Assembly (NCBI GenBank): GCA_033762295.1
Contig: JANRLW010000043.1
Span: forward strand, 1 to 64,000
DNA length: 64,000 nt
Reading direction: 5' to 3'
Source of the DNA: Capsulimonadales bacterium
GTDB lineage: Bacteria; Armatimonadota; Armatimonadia; Armatimonadales; Armatimonadaceae
Notes under the pieces: generated by a model
The model's database searches: none
Told to the model about the DNA's origin: nothing
What the model saw: only the letters and a program-made list of their open reading frames with translations
Translations under genes and position numbers: made by a program
Part shown: positions 38,816 through 49,572 of the stretch, in pieces
Layout: each line of letters opens with the position of its first letter
Numbering within the stretch: position 1 is the stretch's first letter

Positions 38816-40147
38816 TTACTTTGCGGCGAAACGCCCGACCTGAGCCAGCAGAATCGCCCGCTCACCGGGCTGCAAGACCTGCTCGATCCCCTGTTTCGCT
38901 CCGGCAAGGTTCCCCTGACGGGCTTCGGCGACGACGGGCGACTCTTTTGGCGCGGCGGCGGCGTTCTCCATATCGGGGGTGAGGCGCGGCGATCGCAACG
39001 GATTCCCCGTCTTCACCGTCTTCAGATAGCCCTCGCGCAGGACGGAGTCCTTGATCGTACTCGCGGCGGCCTGCGCGGTCCGGGTGTCGCCGACGACCAG
39101 GAGGGCGGAAACCAGGCGACCGACCACCTCATTCCGCAGGTTCCATCGACCGTTCGAATCGACGCCGATCTTTCCGGCGATCCGATAGGCGTCAGCGAGG
39201 GTCCGGCGGGCGGCCGCACTATCCCCCCAGGCTGCCTGGGTCTGCGCGACCGCAATCAGAGCGTCGGTCTTGTTCGCGTTCTCGTACGACGGGTTCTTCG
39301 GGTCACGAATATTGTCGACCGCGCTCCGAGCGTTCCCGAGCATCTGTTTCGCTGCGGGCAGGTTGCCGTTCCGTCGGAGGGCCTCGGCGACATCCAGAAG
39401 AACCTTCGGACGCCAGTGGATTTCGACGTTGCGCGAGATCATCTCCGCTCCGCGGCGGTCGCCGTTTTCGGCGGCGACGGTCGCGATCGCCGCCAGCGCG
39501 CCGTAATGATGTCCGGCGACCGTGAAACGCGACTTGCCGACCGTTTGGATCGCGCCGTTCAGGTCGCCGGCGGCGGCCTGACCGGCCACGATGCGCGACC
39601 AGGCATCGCTCTGACCGTGCTCGTCCTTGATCGAGGCAGCGGTTCGGCGGGCGGCAGCGAGGTCACCGAGGGCGGCCTGGGTTCCGGCAACCATCGGCCA
39701 GACGACCTGACGCGTCGCGATATCCGAAGCCGGAAGCGACTCGGCGAAGCGAACGAGTTGAATCAACGTTTCCTGCGCCCCGGCCCCGTCACCCGATAGA
39801 CGGCGTTGCTGCGCGATCGTTGCCAGAACCGCCGCCTTTTCCGCCGGCCGGCTGACCAGTTCGGCCGTTTTTTCGGCGGCGGCGAAGAATTCCGGCGCAC
39901 GGTTCAGGTCCGCGACCGGAGGCAGTTTCAGGGCGACGAGTCCGACGGTGGTCGAGGCCGCCGCCGCCGTACCGAGGGAACCGACGGACGCACCGTTGGA
40001 GCAGCCGGCCAGTGCCAATGCGGTCATTGCCGCGCCAAGAGCCAGGGCGGAAAACGCCCCCCGACCGTACCGGGAACGACCGTTGCCGTTTGCCAACATT
40101 CTATTCTCCGTTCCACTCGCCGTCCGTCCGAATTTGATGAAACCCAT
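38816..40147 (-). CDS. alpha-helical repeat (TPR-like) lipoprotein
   Basis: Lipobox LAGC; repeated IA..QA..GD...A units. Confidence 0.7.
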   Translation of the reverse strand: MGFIKFGRTASGTENRMLANGNGRSRYGRGAFSALALGAAMTALALAGCSNGASVGSLGTAAAASTTVGLVALKLPPVADLNRAPEFFAAAEKTAELVSRPAEKAAVLATIAQQRRLSGDGAGAQETLIQLVRFAESLPASDIATRQVVWPMVAGTQAALGDLAAARRTAASIKDEHGQSDAWSRIVAGQAAAGDLNGAIQTVGKSRFTVAGHHYGALAAIATVAAENGDRRGAEMISRNVEIHWRPKVLLDVAEALRRNGNLPAAKQMLGNARSAVDNIRDPKNPSYENANKTDALIAVAQTQAAWGDSAAARRTLADAYRIAGKIGVDSNGRWNLRNEVVGRLVSALLVVGDTRTAQAAASTIKDSVLREGYLKTVKTGNPLRSPRLTPDMENAAAAPKESPVVAEARQGNLAGAKQGIEQVLQPGERAILLAQVGRFAAK

Positions 40148-40198
40148 CCTAAAAACCCTCCCGAACCGAAAAGTCCAGGTAATTACGTTAAATTTTCG

Positions 40199-41155
40199 TT
40201 ACCCGTTTTCCGTAATGACATCAGAATTTTTCTGCCGAACAACGGGCTTATCCGTAGTATCGGCAATTAAGCGAATCAACTCTGCCCCTAAAAGTAACAG
40301 CTGGGAAGAAACATAGATCCAGAGGAAGAGGATCGCCACGATGCCGAGGGAACCGTACGCGCGATCATACGAGTTCCCGCCATTGAAATTTCTCAGGTAC
40401 AGTGCGAACCCCTGTTTGGCCAGTTCGAAGAACACGGCGACAAACCCGCCGCCGATAAAGGCCTCTTTCCATGTGACGCCCGCGGCAGGAGACGGCAGAT
40501 AGTGATAGACCGCCGCGAAAACCGACGCATTCAGCGCGACGCCGACCAGCAACAGGAAGGCCGCGAGCCACCATGGCGGCGGTTCCGGCAGCGCGGAAAA
40601 CCAGGAGATCCGGCGCAGCCAGTGGACACCGACCGTCGGCAGGAGCGAAAGCAGGAACAGTGCGCCCGTTCCGATAAGCAGCCCGACCGCGACGAGGTTG
40701 ACCTGCAGGAAATGCCGGGTCTCTCTGGCACGGAACGCGGCGTTCATCGGCGCGACCGCATTGACAAAAATCCGACTGGCCGTAAAGAAGAACGTCACCA
40801 GACTGAGGATGCCCGCCGTTCCGCTGGCCTGGCGCAGTTGTTCCGCCTGCTGTTCGACCCCGGCGCTGACGATCAGTTTCTGTGCGACCGCATTGGCGTT
40901 CGAAACCGGCAGGAGCCGGGCGACCAGGCCCTGAACCTGCGCGGCGGCCTCCTGCGGATCGCGAATTAAAAGGCCCACCAGCGCCAGTCCGCCGACCAGG
41001 AGCGGGACAATCGACAGCAGTGCGAAGTAGGACAGCGCCGCCGCCCAGACACCGCATTGGTCGGCATTGAACCGCCGTACCAGTTCGAATAAAAATCCTT
41101 TCAGCCCTCCCTCTTGCCAGGAATATCGGTAATCCTCTTGCGCCGGTTCGGACAT
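40199..41155 (-). CDS. YihY/BrkB family membrane protein
   Basis: AAALSYFALLSIVPLL, AYGSLG, LWIY.S..LLLGAE; SD GGAGG before ATG 41155. Confidence 0.9.
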   Translation of the reverse strand: MSEPAQEDYRYSWQEGGLKGFLFELVRRFNADQCGVWAAALSYFALLSIVPLLVGGLALVGLLIRDPQEAAAQVQGLVARLLPVSNANAVAQKLIVSAGVEQQAEQLRQASGTAGILSLVTFFFTASRIFVNAVAPMNAAFRARETRHFLQVNLVAVGLLIGTGALFLLSLLPTVGVHWLRRISWFSALPEPPPWWLAAFLLLVGVALNASVFAAVYHYLPSPAAGVTWKEAFIGGGFVAVFFELAKQGFALYLRNFNGGNSYDRAYGSLGIVAILFLWIYVSSQLLLLGAELIRLIADTTDKPVVRQKNSDVITENG

Positions 41156-41320
41156 GGTAGATGAGACCTCCGCCTTTCCATGGTTACAGTTCGCCGTTCC
41201 GTTCCGTTGAGGTTCCGATTTCGTCGTGTTTCCCACCTTTCAACCATAATGACCGTATTTAAGCGAGATTCGTTACCACGCTTACCTGCAAAAAATTGTA
41301 CACCGGTAAGTTTTCACAGG

Positions 41321-42655
41321 TCAGGAACCGGCGTCGGGATTGGAAGGCGGGTCGCCCATCACGTGAACCACCAGCCGCAGCGCCTCCGTCAGCAGGTCAT
41401 CGCCTTCGAACGGGACATACGGCGGTTCGATCCCGGAAAGATCGGTAAGGAAGGAGGTCGGTCGGATCGCTCCGGTGCCGAGGTGAAGTCGGACCGTCTC
41501 GTCCTCGAGCCGAAGGACGAGTTCGTCCTCTTCAACGGTGGTTCGATCGGACAGAGCGAGCAGGGGAAGCAGCGAACGGAGAACGTCTCGTCGGGTTTCG
41601 GCGCTGGGGAGCAACGGGCCGGAAACCGGCTCCGCGTCGGAGCGAAGCGCCTTCTCGCCGGGCACCATCGGAGCGACGGAACCATCGCCGCTGGCAAATC
41701 GTTCGGCTTCACGCATGGCCTCAGAGAAGACAAGCGGAGGAACGGCCGAAAGGGGAAGGGGGTCTTCGGAGGGCAGCGAGTCCGAGGGGAAAAAGCGAAG
41801 GTTGCCGGTCGTCAGAAGGTCCGGCGTCGTGGTCGGCAGGAGCGAAATCTCAAGCCGCAGGTTGAGTTCGGGCAACGCCTTCGTCAGCAGGTCGGGTGTC
41901 CGTTCCCAGTCGCGGGAAGCGGCGATCCGTTCGACGACGTCCCGGCGCACGGTGAATCGGGCGAACCGGTCGGAGGCGAGGGCATCCTCCCCTGCCGGAT
42001 CGGGATCCGGCGGCAGATAAACCTCGCGGTGCGCCTGCTTGAAGGGCTGCGTGATACGTCGCTGCAAGAGAAAAGCGCGCCAGGTTTCGATCTCCCCGGT
42101 GGAATACCCGATCGGATGCCAGAGCCGCATCAGGGTGTCGTCGGTCAGGTCGTTCAGGAGGTGGCCGGAGACGTCGACGAATCCGTTGCGGGTCTCGTCC
42201 CAGATACCCGAAAGTTTTCGTTCGGCGTGGGCAAAATGCCAGATCAACCGTTTGGCGAGATGTCCGTAGATCGGGTGACGGGCGTAGCGGGCACGCCAGA
42301 CGCCCAGCGTCCAGTTGCGCTCGGGGAGGAAGAAACCGTCGAAGCGGATCTCCTGCTCGGAGATCGCCTCGGTGGCCGCTCGCATCTCGTCGGCGAACGC
42401 CCGGATTCGGTCGGCGGCGGGGACAGACGGATCGACGACCGGAGGTGTGGTGGAGGTTTCGCCGCCGGGTGTCGTCCAGAGGACCCGGACATCGCCGGTT
42501 CCGGTGATGGCGGCGAAGGCTTCATAGCCTTCCAGGGATTCGCGACGAAATCCTTCCGGAGCGAAACCGAAATCGGGTATCTCCAGGTCGGTATCGAGAA
42601 CGGTCCGGGGTTCGGTGATCGGCGGGTTCATTTCTGTTGGGTCCGTGGTGGTCAC
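41321..42655 (-). CDS. DUF4132 domain protein
   Basis: HPI...LAKRLIW, LWHP, QPFKQAHREVY, VPPLVFSEAMR. Confidence 0.8.
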   Translation of the reverse strand: MTTTDPTEMNPPITEPRTVLDTDLEIPDFGFAPEGFRRESLEGYEAFAAITGTGDVRVLWTTPGGETSTTPPVVDPSVPAADRIRAFADEMRAATEAISEQEIRFDGFFLPERNWTLGVWRARYARHPIYGHLAKRLIWHFAHAERKLSGIWDETRNGFVDVSGHLLNDLTDDTLMRLWHPIGYSTGEIETWRAFLLQRRITQPFKQAHREVYLPPDPDPAGEDALASDRFARFTVRRDVVERIAASRDWERTPDLLTKALPELNLRLEISLLPTTTPDLLTTGNLRFFPSDSLPSEDPLPLSAVPPLVFSEAMREAERFASGDGSVAPMVPGEKALRSDAEPVSGPLLPSAETRRDVLRSLLPLLALSDRTTVEEDELVLRLEDETVRLHLGTGAIRPTSFLTDLSGIEPPYVPFEGDDLLTEALRLVVHVMGDPPSNPDAGS

Positions 42656-42791
42656 ACGTCGTTCCTTGTGTTATTGTTTTTGCGATCGGATATAAAAGAC
42701 GTTCGCAAAATCCGTTATTCTTTTCGGTCCGGAATAATACCTGCATTAGGGATTACCGGGCGGGCTGTCGTTCCGGCGGTCGGGTCTTTCC

Positions 42792-42820
42792 TTGACAAAC
42801 GGGTGTTCGGCCCCTACAAT
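42792..42820 (+). promoter_or_regulatory. sigma70 promoter of accB-hom-thrC
   Basis: TTGACA-N17-TACAAT. Confidence 0.75.
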
Positions 42821-42976
42821 GACGGCAATCGAATCCGTCGGTCAGGGGACGCGCGGCTCCGCGGTGAGCGTCTGCGCGTCTTTCGTCGTTCCGGACGTCC
42901 TTTCCGAAGAAAGTGCGCCCGTTGATCGCGGCCTGACCATCGGCATGAAAAACGAAACCGGAAATCAGGGAATCCT

Positions 42977-43513
42977 TTGAGTCACTCACTAACGTCTCCG
43001 GAGGAAAACCGGACTCCCGAGCTGGCCGCAACTGCCGACAACGTCCGGCGATTGGCGAGCCTGGTGGAGGAAAGCGGCCTGAGCGAGTTGCTGTACGAGA
43101 CGGACAACGTCCGGATCGTCCTGCGGACGGCGGCCTATCCGCGAACCGGGACGAACGTGGCGGTTCCTTCCGGCGCGACCGGATACGGACGGTGGGAATC
43201 GCCGGAAACGCCGTCGGTCGCCGAGGAACCGGACGGTGACGCCGAACCGCCGACGATGGCGGAGGACGGGCGTTGGCTGCGGGTCGAAGCGCCGATCATG
43301 GGGATCTTTTACCGTGCGTCGTCGCAGGGGTCGCCGCCCCTGGTGGAAGTGGGGGATACCCTGACCGAAGGGCAGGTGATCGGCCTGATCGAGGCGATGA
43401 AGGTCTTTTCGGAGGTGCCGTCGCCTGCTGCCGGACGTGTGATCGATATACCGGCCAGGAACGGGGGATTGGTACAACCGGGCGATACGTTGATTTTGCT
43501 GGAGCGGGAATAG
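42977..43513 (+). CDS. accB: biotin carboxyl carrier protein
   Basis: SGLSEL N-terminus, AP..G.FY, IEAMK biotinylation motif. Confidence 0.88.
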   Translation: MSHSLTSPEENRTPELAATADNVRRLASLVEESGLSELLYETDNVRIVLRTAAYPRTGTNVAVPSGATGYGRWESPETPSVAEEPDGDAEPPTMAEDGRWLRVEAPIMGIFYRASSQGSPPLVEVGDTLTEGQVIGLIEAMKVFSEVPSPAAGRVIDIPARNGGLVQPGDTLILLERE

Positions 43514-43530
43514 AAAAACGGAGAACATTC

Positions 43531-44820
43531 ATGCGTGAAATCAAGATCGGAGTCCTGGGACTGGGAGTCGTCGGGTCGGGAACCGTCGGAATCCTGCAAG
43601 ATAACGCCAAGGAGATCGCGCGGCGTGTCGGTGCCCACCTCACCGTCAAAAAGATCGCCGTTCGGAACCTGAGCAAACCGCGTGCGGTCCAGGTGGAACG
43701 CTCTCTCCTGACCGACAACCCGTATGAAGTGATCGACGATCCGGAAATCGAAATCCTGGCGGAACTGATCGGTGGCGTCGAACCCGCTCACGAGTATGTC
43801 CTGCGGGCCATTCGAAACGGCAAACATATCGTCACGGCCAACAAGGAGATGATGGCGAAAGCCGGCCATGATCTGATGGCCGCCGCGGGCGAGAAGCGGC
43901 GCGATTTCTTCCTTGAGGGGAGCGTTGCCGGAGGAATTCCCATCATCGCCGCCGTCAAGGAGTCGCTGACCGCCAACCGTATTCATGAGGTTATCGGAAT
44001 CGTCAACGGCACGACCAACTATATCCTGACCAAGATGACGGAGGAGGGGGCGAATTTCGCCGATGTGCTGGCGGAGGCGCAGGCACACGGTTACGCCGAG
44101 TCCGACCCGAGCAGCGATGTCGACGGCTTCGACGCACAGTACAAGATAGGCATACTTGCCTCAATCGCTTTTAACTCCCAGGTGCCGGTGGAGGAAATCA
44201 GTGCGCAGGGTATCCGTTCGATCGAGGCGCAGGATATCCGTGTGGCGCGGGACCTGGGCTATCGGATCAAACTGCTGGCGATCGCCCGGCAGGATGCGGA
44301 CGACAATACGATGCAGGTTCGGGTACATCCGGCGTTGCTCCCGCTTTCGCACCCCCTGGCGAGCGTAAACGGCGTTTCCAATGCGGTCCTCGTGCGCGGC
44401 GATGCGGTCGGCGAGGTCATGTTCTACGGCCCCGGCGCGGGTTCCCGACCGACCGGTAGCGCTGTCGTCGGCGATCTGGTGGAGATCGGGCGGAATATTC
44501 TCTGTAATTCCACGGGGCGTGTGGGCTGCACCTGTTTCGACCGGAAGCGAATGCTGCCGATCGAACTGGTCGAAACGAAGTACTATGTTCGTGTGACGGT
44601 GGCGGATCGGGTCAAGGTGCTGGCGACCATCGCCGGCGTTTTCGGTGACCATAATGTTTCCATCGAGTCCGTGGTACAACAGGGAACTCTGGGCGACGAT
44701 GTGGAGATCGTCTGGATCACGCATCGGGTGCGCGAGGGCGACCTCCGCGCCGCGTTGAAAAAGATCGCCGAGTTGGACTGCGTTCGAACCGTATCGAACT
44801 GTTTCCGCGTGGTTGACTGA
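43531..44820 (+). CDS. hom: homoserine dehydrogenase with ACT domain
   Basis: [33 protein letters not shown]-terminal ACT; ATG 43531. Confidence 0.95.
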   Translation: MREIKIGVLGLGVVGSGTVGILQDNAKEIARRVGAHLTVKKIAVRNLSKPRAVQVERSLLTDNPYEVIDDPEIEILAELIGGVEPAHEYVLRAIRNGKHIVTANKEMMAKAGHDLMAAAGEKRRDFFLEGSVAGGIPIIAAVKESLTANRIHEVIGIVNGTTNYILTKMTEEGANFADVLAEAQAHGYAESDPSSDVDGFDAQYKIGILASIAFNSQVPVEEISAQGIRSIEAQDIRVARDLGYRIKLLAIARQDADDNTMQVRVHPALLPLSHPLASVNGVSNAVLVRGDAVGEVMFYGPGAGSRPTGSAVVGDLVEIGRNILCNSTGRVGCTCFDRKRMLPIELVETKYYVRVTVADRVKVLATIAGVFGDHNVSIESVVQQGTLGDDVEIVWITHRVREGDLRAALKKIAELDCVRTVSNCFRVVD

Positions 44821-44893
44821 CCGGCAGGTCCGAGGGCGTTCAGCGCAGTTCGTGAAGGGAGCGGCGATAGCCGGAAGGGAGCAGCGGACCGGA

Positions 44894-46021
44894 ATGAGGA
44901 CCGATACGAACCGGACGGGGCGGCAGGGGATCATCGCCGCCTATCGGGATTTTCTCCCGGACATTACCGCCGAATCGCCGGTGGTGACCCTGTGCGAGGG
45001 CGGCACGCCGTTGATCGAAGCGCCGCGTCTGGCGACCGCGCTCGAACTGCCGGCGAATTTTCGCCTTTACCTGAAGTTCGAGGGAATGAACCCGACCGGT
45101 TCCTTCAAGGATCGCGGCATGACGATGGCGGTCAGCAAAGCGGTCGAGGAAGGTCGCACCGTCGTCATGTGCGCGTCCACGGGAAATACGTCGGCGGCGG
45201 CGGCGGCGTACGCGGCGCGGGCGGGTATCGAATGTGTCGTTCTTCTGCCCCAGGGCGAGGTCGCGCTGGGGAAGCTCTCGCAGGCCCTCATGCATGGCGC
45301 ACGCGTCCTGGCGATCCGGGGCAACTTCGATGAGGCGCTGTGCCTGGTACGTGAGATCTGCGCCACGGAACCGATCGCTCTTGTCAATTCCGTCAATCCG
45401 GTGCGGATCGAGGGCCAGAAGACGGCCGCATTCGAGATTGTCGATGAACTGGGCGACGCCCCGCATTTTCATGCGATGCCGGTCGGAAACGCGGGGAACA
45501 TCACGGCCTACTGGAAAGGATTCAAGGAGTTTTTCGCCCGGGGCCTGGCCACGCGGACCCCGCGCCTCCTCGGGTTTCAGGCCGCCGGCGCCGCGCCGCT
45601 GGTCGATGGCGCGCCGGTTCCCTTTCCGAACACCGTGGCGACTGCCATTCGTATCGGCAATCCGGCCTCCTGGCAGGGCGCTCTGACGGCGCGTGACGAA
45701 TCCGGCGGTCTCATCGGCAAGGTGACCGATGAGGAGATTCTGGCGGCGTACCGGACGGTCGCCGCCACCGAAGGCGTCTTCGCCGAGCCGGCGTGCGCCG
45801 CGCCGCTGGCCGGAATAAAAGCGCTCCAACGGGATGGCTTTTTCACCGAAAACAGTACCGGGGATGATCTTGTACGTATCACGGTCACGTTGACCGGCCA
45901 CGGACTGAAAGATCCCGACCGCGCCCTGCGTACCGCCGTACGGGGAATACAAGAGGTCGATGCCGACCGGGACGCGATTTTGCGAGCCGTCGGTGAAAAA
46001 TCGATCGACCTCGGTCGGTGA
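44894..46021 (+). CDS. thrC: threonine synthase
   Basis: [35 protein letters not shown] 44894 preferred. Confidence 0.95.
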   Translation: MRTDTNRTGRQGIIAAYRDFLPDITAESPVVTLCEGGTPLIEAPRLATALELPANFRLYLKFEGMNPTGSFKDRGMTMAVSKAVEEGRTVVMCASTGNTSAAAAAYAARAGIECVVLLPQGEVALGKLSQALMHGARVLAIRGNFDEALCLVREICATEPIALVNSVNPVRIEGQKTAAFEIVDELGDAPHFHAMPVGNAGNITAYWKGFKEFFARGLATRTPRLLGFQAAGAAPLVDGAPVPFPNTVATAIRIGNPASWQGALTARDESGGLIGKVTDEEILAAYRTVAATEGVFAEPACAAPLAGIKALQRDGFFTENSTGDDLVRITVTLTGHGLKDPDRALRTAVRGIQEVDADRDAILRAVGEKSIDLGR

Positions 46022-46135
46022 TAAAATCAACACATCCGGTCGACACGGAAACGTTCGAACTTTGTCCCCTCCCACCTCGTAATTAAAGGTGGAGATTATG
46101 CACGACGCATATAAATTGGAAGGGGTTCAGTATCC

Positions 46136-46717
46136 ATGTCTACCGGGTCGATCACAGGGAATTCGCGGTTGAATGTGCATCCGACGTTGGAAGCGCGTCT
46201 CGCCGAACTGCGGGAAGAGGAAGCGCGTAAGACGCGTCATCGAGAACAGGTGGTTCGGGAACGGCGGTTCCTGATTCCGGTGTTTCTGTTCGTGCTTTTC
46301 CTGTTTCCGAATCTTGGGACGGTATCGGTGGTCGGAACGTCGATGCATCCGACGCTGGAGACGGGCGACCGATTGCTCATGCTGAAAACCCATCAGATCT
46401 TCTCTCCGATCCGTCCGGGAGATATCGTGGTGGTTCGGAAGGCGGACGGGTCGTATAAGGGCGAAGACCTGATCAAGCGGGTAATCTGCGTAAAAGACAA
46501 ACAGGGAAATCTCCTCTGGGCCCCGTCGGTGAAGACATCCGAAGGGACGATCGACCCGAAACGTCTGTTCCCGCATTATGTGTTGCGCCTGCGCCCGTTC
46601 CCGAAGGGTTCCGTGCTGGTTCTGGGAGATAACATTTTCCATTCCACCGATTCCCGTGATCCGGAGGTCGGCGCGATATCCGCCGCCGAAATCGAAGGAA
46701 AGGTGCTGTTCCGTTAA
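46136..46717 (+). CDS. lepB: signal peptidase I
   Basis: TM helix, G.SM.PT, LIKRV, GDN...S.DSR. Confidence 0.88.
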   Translation: MSTGSITGNSRLNVHPTLEARLAELREEEARKTRHREQVVRERRFLIPVFLFVLFLFPNLGTVSVVGTSMHPTLETGDRLLMLKTHQIFSPIRPGDIVVVRKADGSYKGEDLIKRVICVKDKQGNLLWAPSVKTSEGTIDPKRLFPHYVLRLRPFPKGSVLVLGDNIFHSTDSRDPEVGAISAAEIEGKVLFR

Positions 46718-46771
46718 ACGCCGGAGGGAACGAAACTCCGCCGGGCGGATCGCACGACAGGTGAGCCGTTC

Positions 46772-47743
46772 ATGAGAGATTCGTTACCTGATTCGACCGA
46801 CGTCGTCCTGACGACGGAGATTCCCGGACTGACGCGGGTCGCTTCCGGGAAAGTGCGGGATATTTACGAGGTCGGTGAGGATGCGCTCCTGTTGGTGGCG
46901 ACCGACCGCATCTCCGCGTTCGATGTGGTGATGCGGCAGGGAATCCCGGATAAAGGGCGCGTCCTCACGCAGTTATCGGTTTTCTGGTTCGAAACCCTGG
47001 CCGATGTTCTGCCGAACCATCTGATCACGGCCGAGGACGACCTGGTTTTCGCCCGTCTTTCCGCGGCGGGCGCGGAGATGACCGACGGACGGCGGCGTTC
47101 GCTGAGCGGACGTTGCCTGCTCTGTCGCCGGACACGCCCTTTGCCGATCGAAGCCGTCGTTCGCGGCTACCTTTCCGGCTCGGCCTGGAAGGAGTACCGA
47201 CTGACACCGGCCTGGGATGGCGTGGTGCAACTCTGGGGCGTGGCCGTACCCTCCGGACTCCTCGAATCCGAACGGCTTCCTCAGCCGATTTTCACCCCCA
47301 GTACGAAGGCCATCGCCGGACATGACCAGCCCATTCCCGTCGCCGAAATCGAGTCCTACATCGGAGCCTACGCGACACCGGTCCGCGACGCCGCCGTGGA
47401 ACTCTATCAGGCCGCGCGTGAATACGCGGAGAATCGGGGAATCCTTCTCGCCGATACCAAGTTCGAGTTCGGGACGCTCGAAAACGGGTCGCTTCTCCTG
47501 ATCGACGAAGCGCTGACTCCGGACTCCTCCCGGTTCTGGGCGGCGGAGTCCTATCGCCCCGGTGGCCCGCAGCCGTCCTTCGACAAGCAGTTCGTTCGTG
47601 ATTTTCTGGAGACGGTTCCGGGCTGGAACAAACAGGCTCCGGCGCCGGACCTGCCGGAGGACATCGTCGCGAAGACGACCGAAAAGTACCGCGAAGCGTA
47701 TCGTCGCCTTACCGGACGGGAACTGGCGGGAGCGACCGCCTGA
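46772..47743 (+). CDS. purC: SAICAR synthase
   Basis: GKVRDIY, TDRISAFD, FTPSTK, ADTKFEFG, TPDSSRFW, DKQFVR. Confidence 0.96.
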   Translation: MRDSLPDSTDVVLTTEIPGLTRVASGKVRDIYEVGEDALLLVATDRISAFDVVMRQGIPDKGRVLTQLSVFWFETLADVLPNHLITAEDDLVFARLSAAGAEMTDGRRRSLSGRCLLCRRTRPLPIEAVVRGYLSGSAWKEYRLTPAWDGVVQLWGVAVPSGLLESERLPQPIFTPSTKAIAGHDQPIPVAEIESYIGAYATPVRDAAVELYQAAREYAENRGILLADTKFEFGTLENGSLLLIDEALTPDSSRFWAAESYRPGGPQPSFDKQFVRDFLETVPGWNKQAPAPDLPEDIVAKTTEKYREAYRRLTGRELAGATA

Positions 47744-47744
47744 G

Positions 47745-48365
47745 GTGGAATCGCTTCTCGTCCGACCGGTGGTCCTGGTTGGCCGCTCCGTTCGGCTCGA
47801 ACCGGTCTCCATGGCGCACTTCCCGGACCTTGCGGAGCAGGCCATCGATCCCGATATCTGGCAGTATATGGGCAGCGGCAACCTGAGTGACCCGGAACGA
47901 TTGCACGGGTGTATTGAGGCCGCCGTTCGTGAGACCCGTCCGGAGGAGGGAGTGATGTTCGCCGCGGTCGCGACGGCTACCGGCCGCGCGGTCGGCATGA
48001 CCGGCCTCTACGACGTCCATCCCGTCCATCGCCGCCTCGAACTCGGGCGGACCTGGTACGGACGGGATTATCGGCGGACGGCGATCAATACCGAATCGAA
48101 GTATCTGCTCCTCACTCACTGTTTCGAAACGCTTTCGGCCCACCGGGTAACCATCAAAACGGACACCCGCAACGAGCGGTCGCAACGTGCGATCGAACGC
48201 ATCGGCGCGACACGCGAAGGGGTGCTGCGCCACCACATGGTGCTCTGGGACGGGTATGTACGGGATACCGTGTATTACGGCATCATCGCCCCGGAATGGC
48301 CGCACGTCAAGGCGCACCTGGAACGGCTCCTGATGCGAGGCTCCGTTCGGGTAGAATCGTCCTGA
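47745..48365 (+). CDS. GNAT acetyltransferase (RimJ/RimL-like)
   Basis: ELGRTW, NTESKYLLL.H.FE, N.RSQRAIERIGA.REG; GTG start inferred. Confidence 0.88.
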   Translation: MESLLVRPVVLVGRSVRLEPVSMAHFPDLAEQAIDPDIWQYMGSGNLSDPERLHGCIEAAVRETRPEEGVMFAAVATATGRAVGMTGLYDVHPVHRRLELGRTWYGRDYRRTAINTESKYLLLTHCFETLSAHRVTIKTDTRNERSQRAIERIGATREGVLRHHMVLWDGYVRDTVYYGIIAPEWPHVKAHLERLLMRGSVRVESS

Positions 48366-49498
48366 TGCGTTATCTGACGATCCTGCTCGAAGGCGGGTTG
48401 ACCCGTCCTTCCGGAGCGGGGAAGACACCGCTGGAAACCGCCGACACATCGACGCTCGACCGGCTGGCCCGGCGCGGACGCGTCGGCGCGGTACGCCTCT
48501 TACCGGAGGAACGACGTCTTCCGGCGGAAGCGATCTATCTCTCAGTCCTCGGATACGATCCGGAGAACTACACCGGACGCGGCGCCGTACTTGCGGCGGC
48601 CCGGAGAATTCCTCTCGGCGAGCGGGAGGTCGCCTGTGCCGCCCCCCTGGTTTCCACCGACGGAACGACCCTTTTTTCGGACGGAACGGAGGGCATTTCG
48701 GACGAAGAGTCCGTTGCCCTCCTCGACGCCGTAAGTGAGAAGTTGGGTTCATCGCGGATGGCCCTCTATCCCGCGCCGGGAAATCATGGTTTCGCGGTCT
48801 TCGCCGACCTGCCGGGCAGTGTGCTCGCGCGCTCCCCGCAGCGTTGTGTCGGGAAGACCCTCCGGGAATGTCTCCCGGAAGGCGAGGCCGCCGAGAAACT
48901 CACCGGGTTGATGTTCGACTCGCTGGAGATTCTCGACCGGCATCCGACCAACCGACAACGACGCGGCCGGGGACAGTCGCCACTCAACATGATCTGGCCG
49001 TACGGCCCCGGTCGGAGCCTTTCCCTGCCCCCGTTGTTCGACCGGATCGGGCCGGCGGCGGCCGTCACCGATCGTGCGCTGGCGGCGGGAATCGCACGGG
49101 CGGCCGGTCTGCGCGTGGTCGCTCCACCCGCACCCGGTTATGCCGCCGTGGTCGCCGCCGTCCGGGAGGCGCAGAAAGCCGACGTGCCGTCCCTGTTCGT
49201 GCCGGTTCGGATCGTCGCTCCCGACGAAAACCCGGAGAACGAGGAGCATGCCGAACGGATCGAGCAGGTCGACCGCGATCTGGTCGAGCCGCTCCTGAGC
49301 CGGTTCGAACGAGGCGATGAAGCGTTTCGTTGCCTGGTCATCGCGACCCCGCCGGTCCCCGGCGCGGACCCGGTCCCTTTCCTTATTTACGATCCGATTC
49401 GCCCGGAAAACCCTGTTTTGCCCTTTGACGAACGCGCCCTGCCGGAGATTCGGGCCGTTCTCGACGGTCGGCGGATGGTCGATTCTCTGACCCGGTGA
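48365..49498 (+). CDS. degenerate ApgM-type phosphoglycerate mutase-like protein
   Basis: GKTPLE.A, LGYDP..YTGRG, HP.N..R, N.IW, DPVPF, FDE; catalytic Ser and most metal ligands absent. Confidence 0.8.
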   Translation: MRYLTILLEGGLTRPSGAGKTPLETADTSTLDRLARRGRVGAVRLLPEERRLPAEAIYLSVLGYDPENYTGRGAVLAAARRIPLGEREVACAAPLVSTDGTTLFSDGTEGISDEESVALLDAVSEKLGSSRMALYPAPGNHGFAVFADLPGSVLARSPQRCVGKTLRECLPEGEAAEKLTGLMFDSLEILDRHPTNRQRRGRGQSPLNMIWPYGPGRSLSLPPLFDRIGPAAAVTDRALAAGIARAAGLRVVAPPAPGYAAVVAAVREAQKADVPSLFVPVRIVAPDENPENEEHAERIEQVDRDLVEPLLSRFERGDEAFRCLVIATPPVPGADPVPFLIYDPIRPENPVLPFDERALPEIRAVLDGRRMVDSLTR

Positions 49499-49572
49499 GG
49501 TCGCACGCGGGGATTGTCGGCAAGCGAGTCTAATTGTTGTATGATGCATTCGGAAGGACAGGTGACAGACGA

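Noticed and set aside
37784..39799. 671-aa plus-strand ORF (likewise 41180-42925 plus and 54241-56160 minus)
   Set aside because: Antisense to motif-supported genes; composition typical of shadow frames.
43273..43530. Extended hom start, or an accB-hom fusion
   Set aside because: It overlaps accB in another frame; hom homology and an SD begin at 43531.
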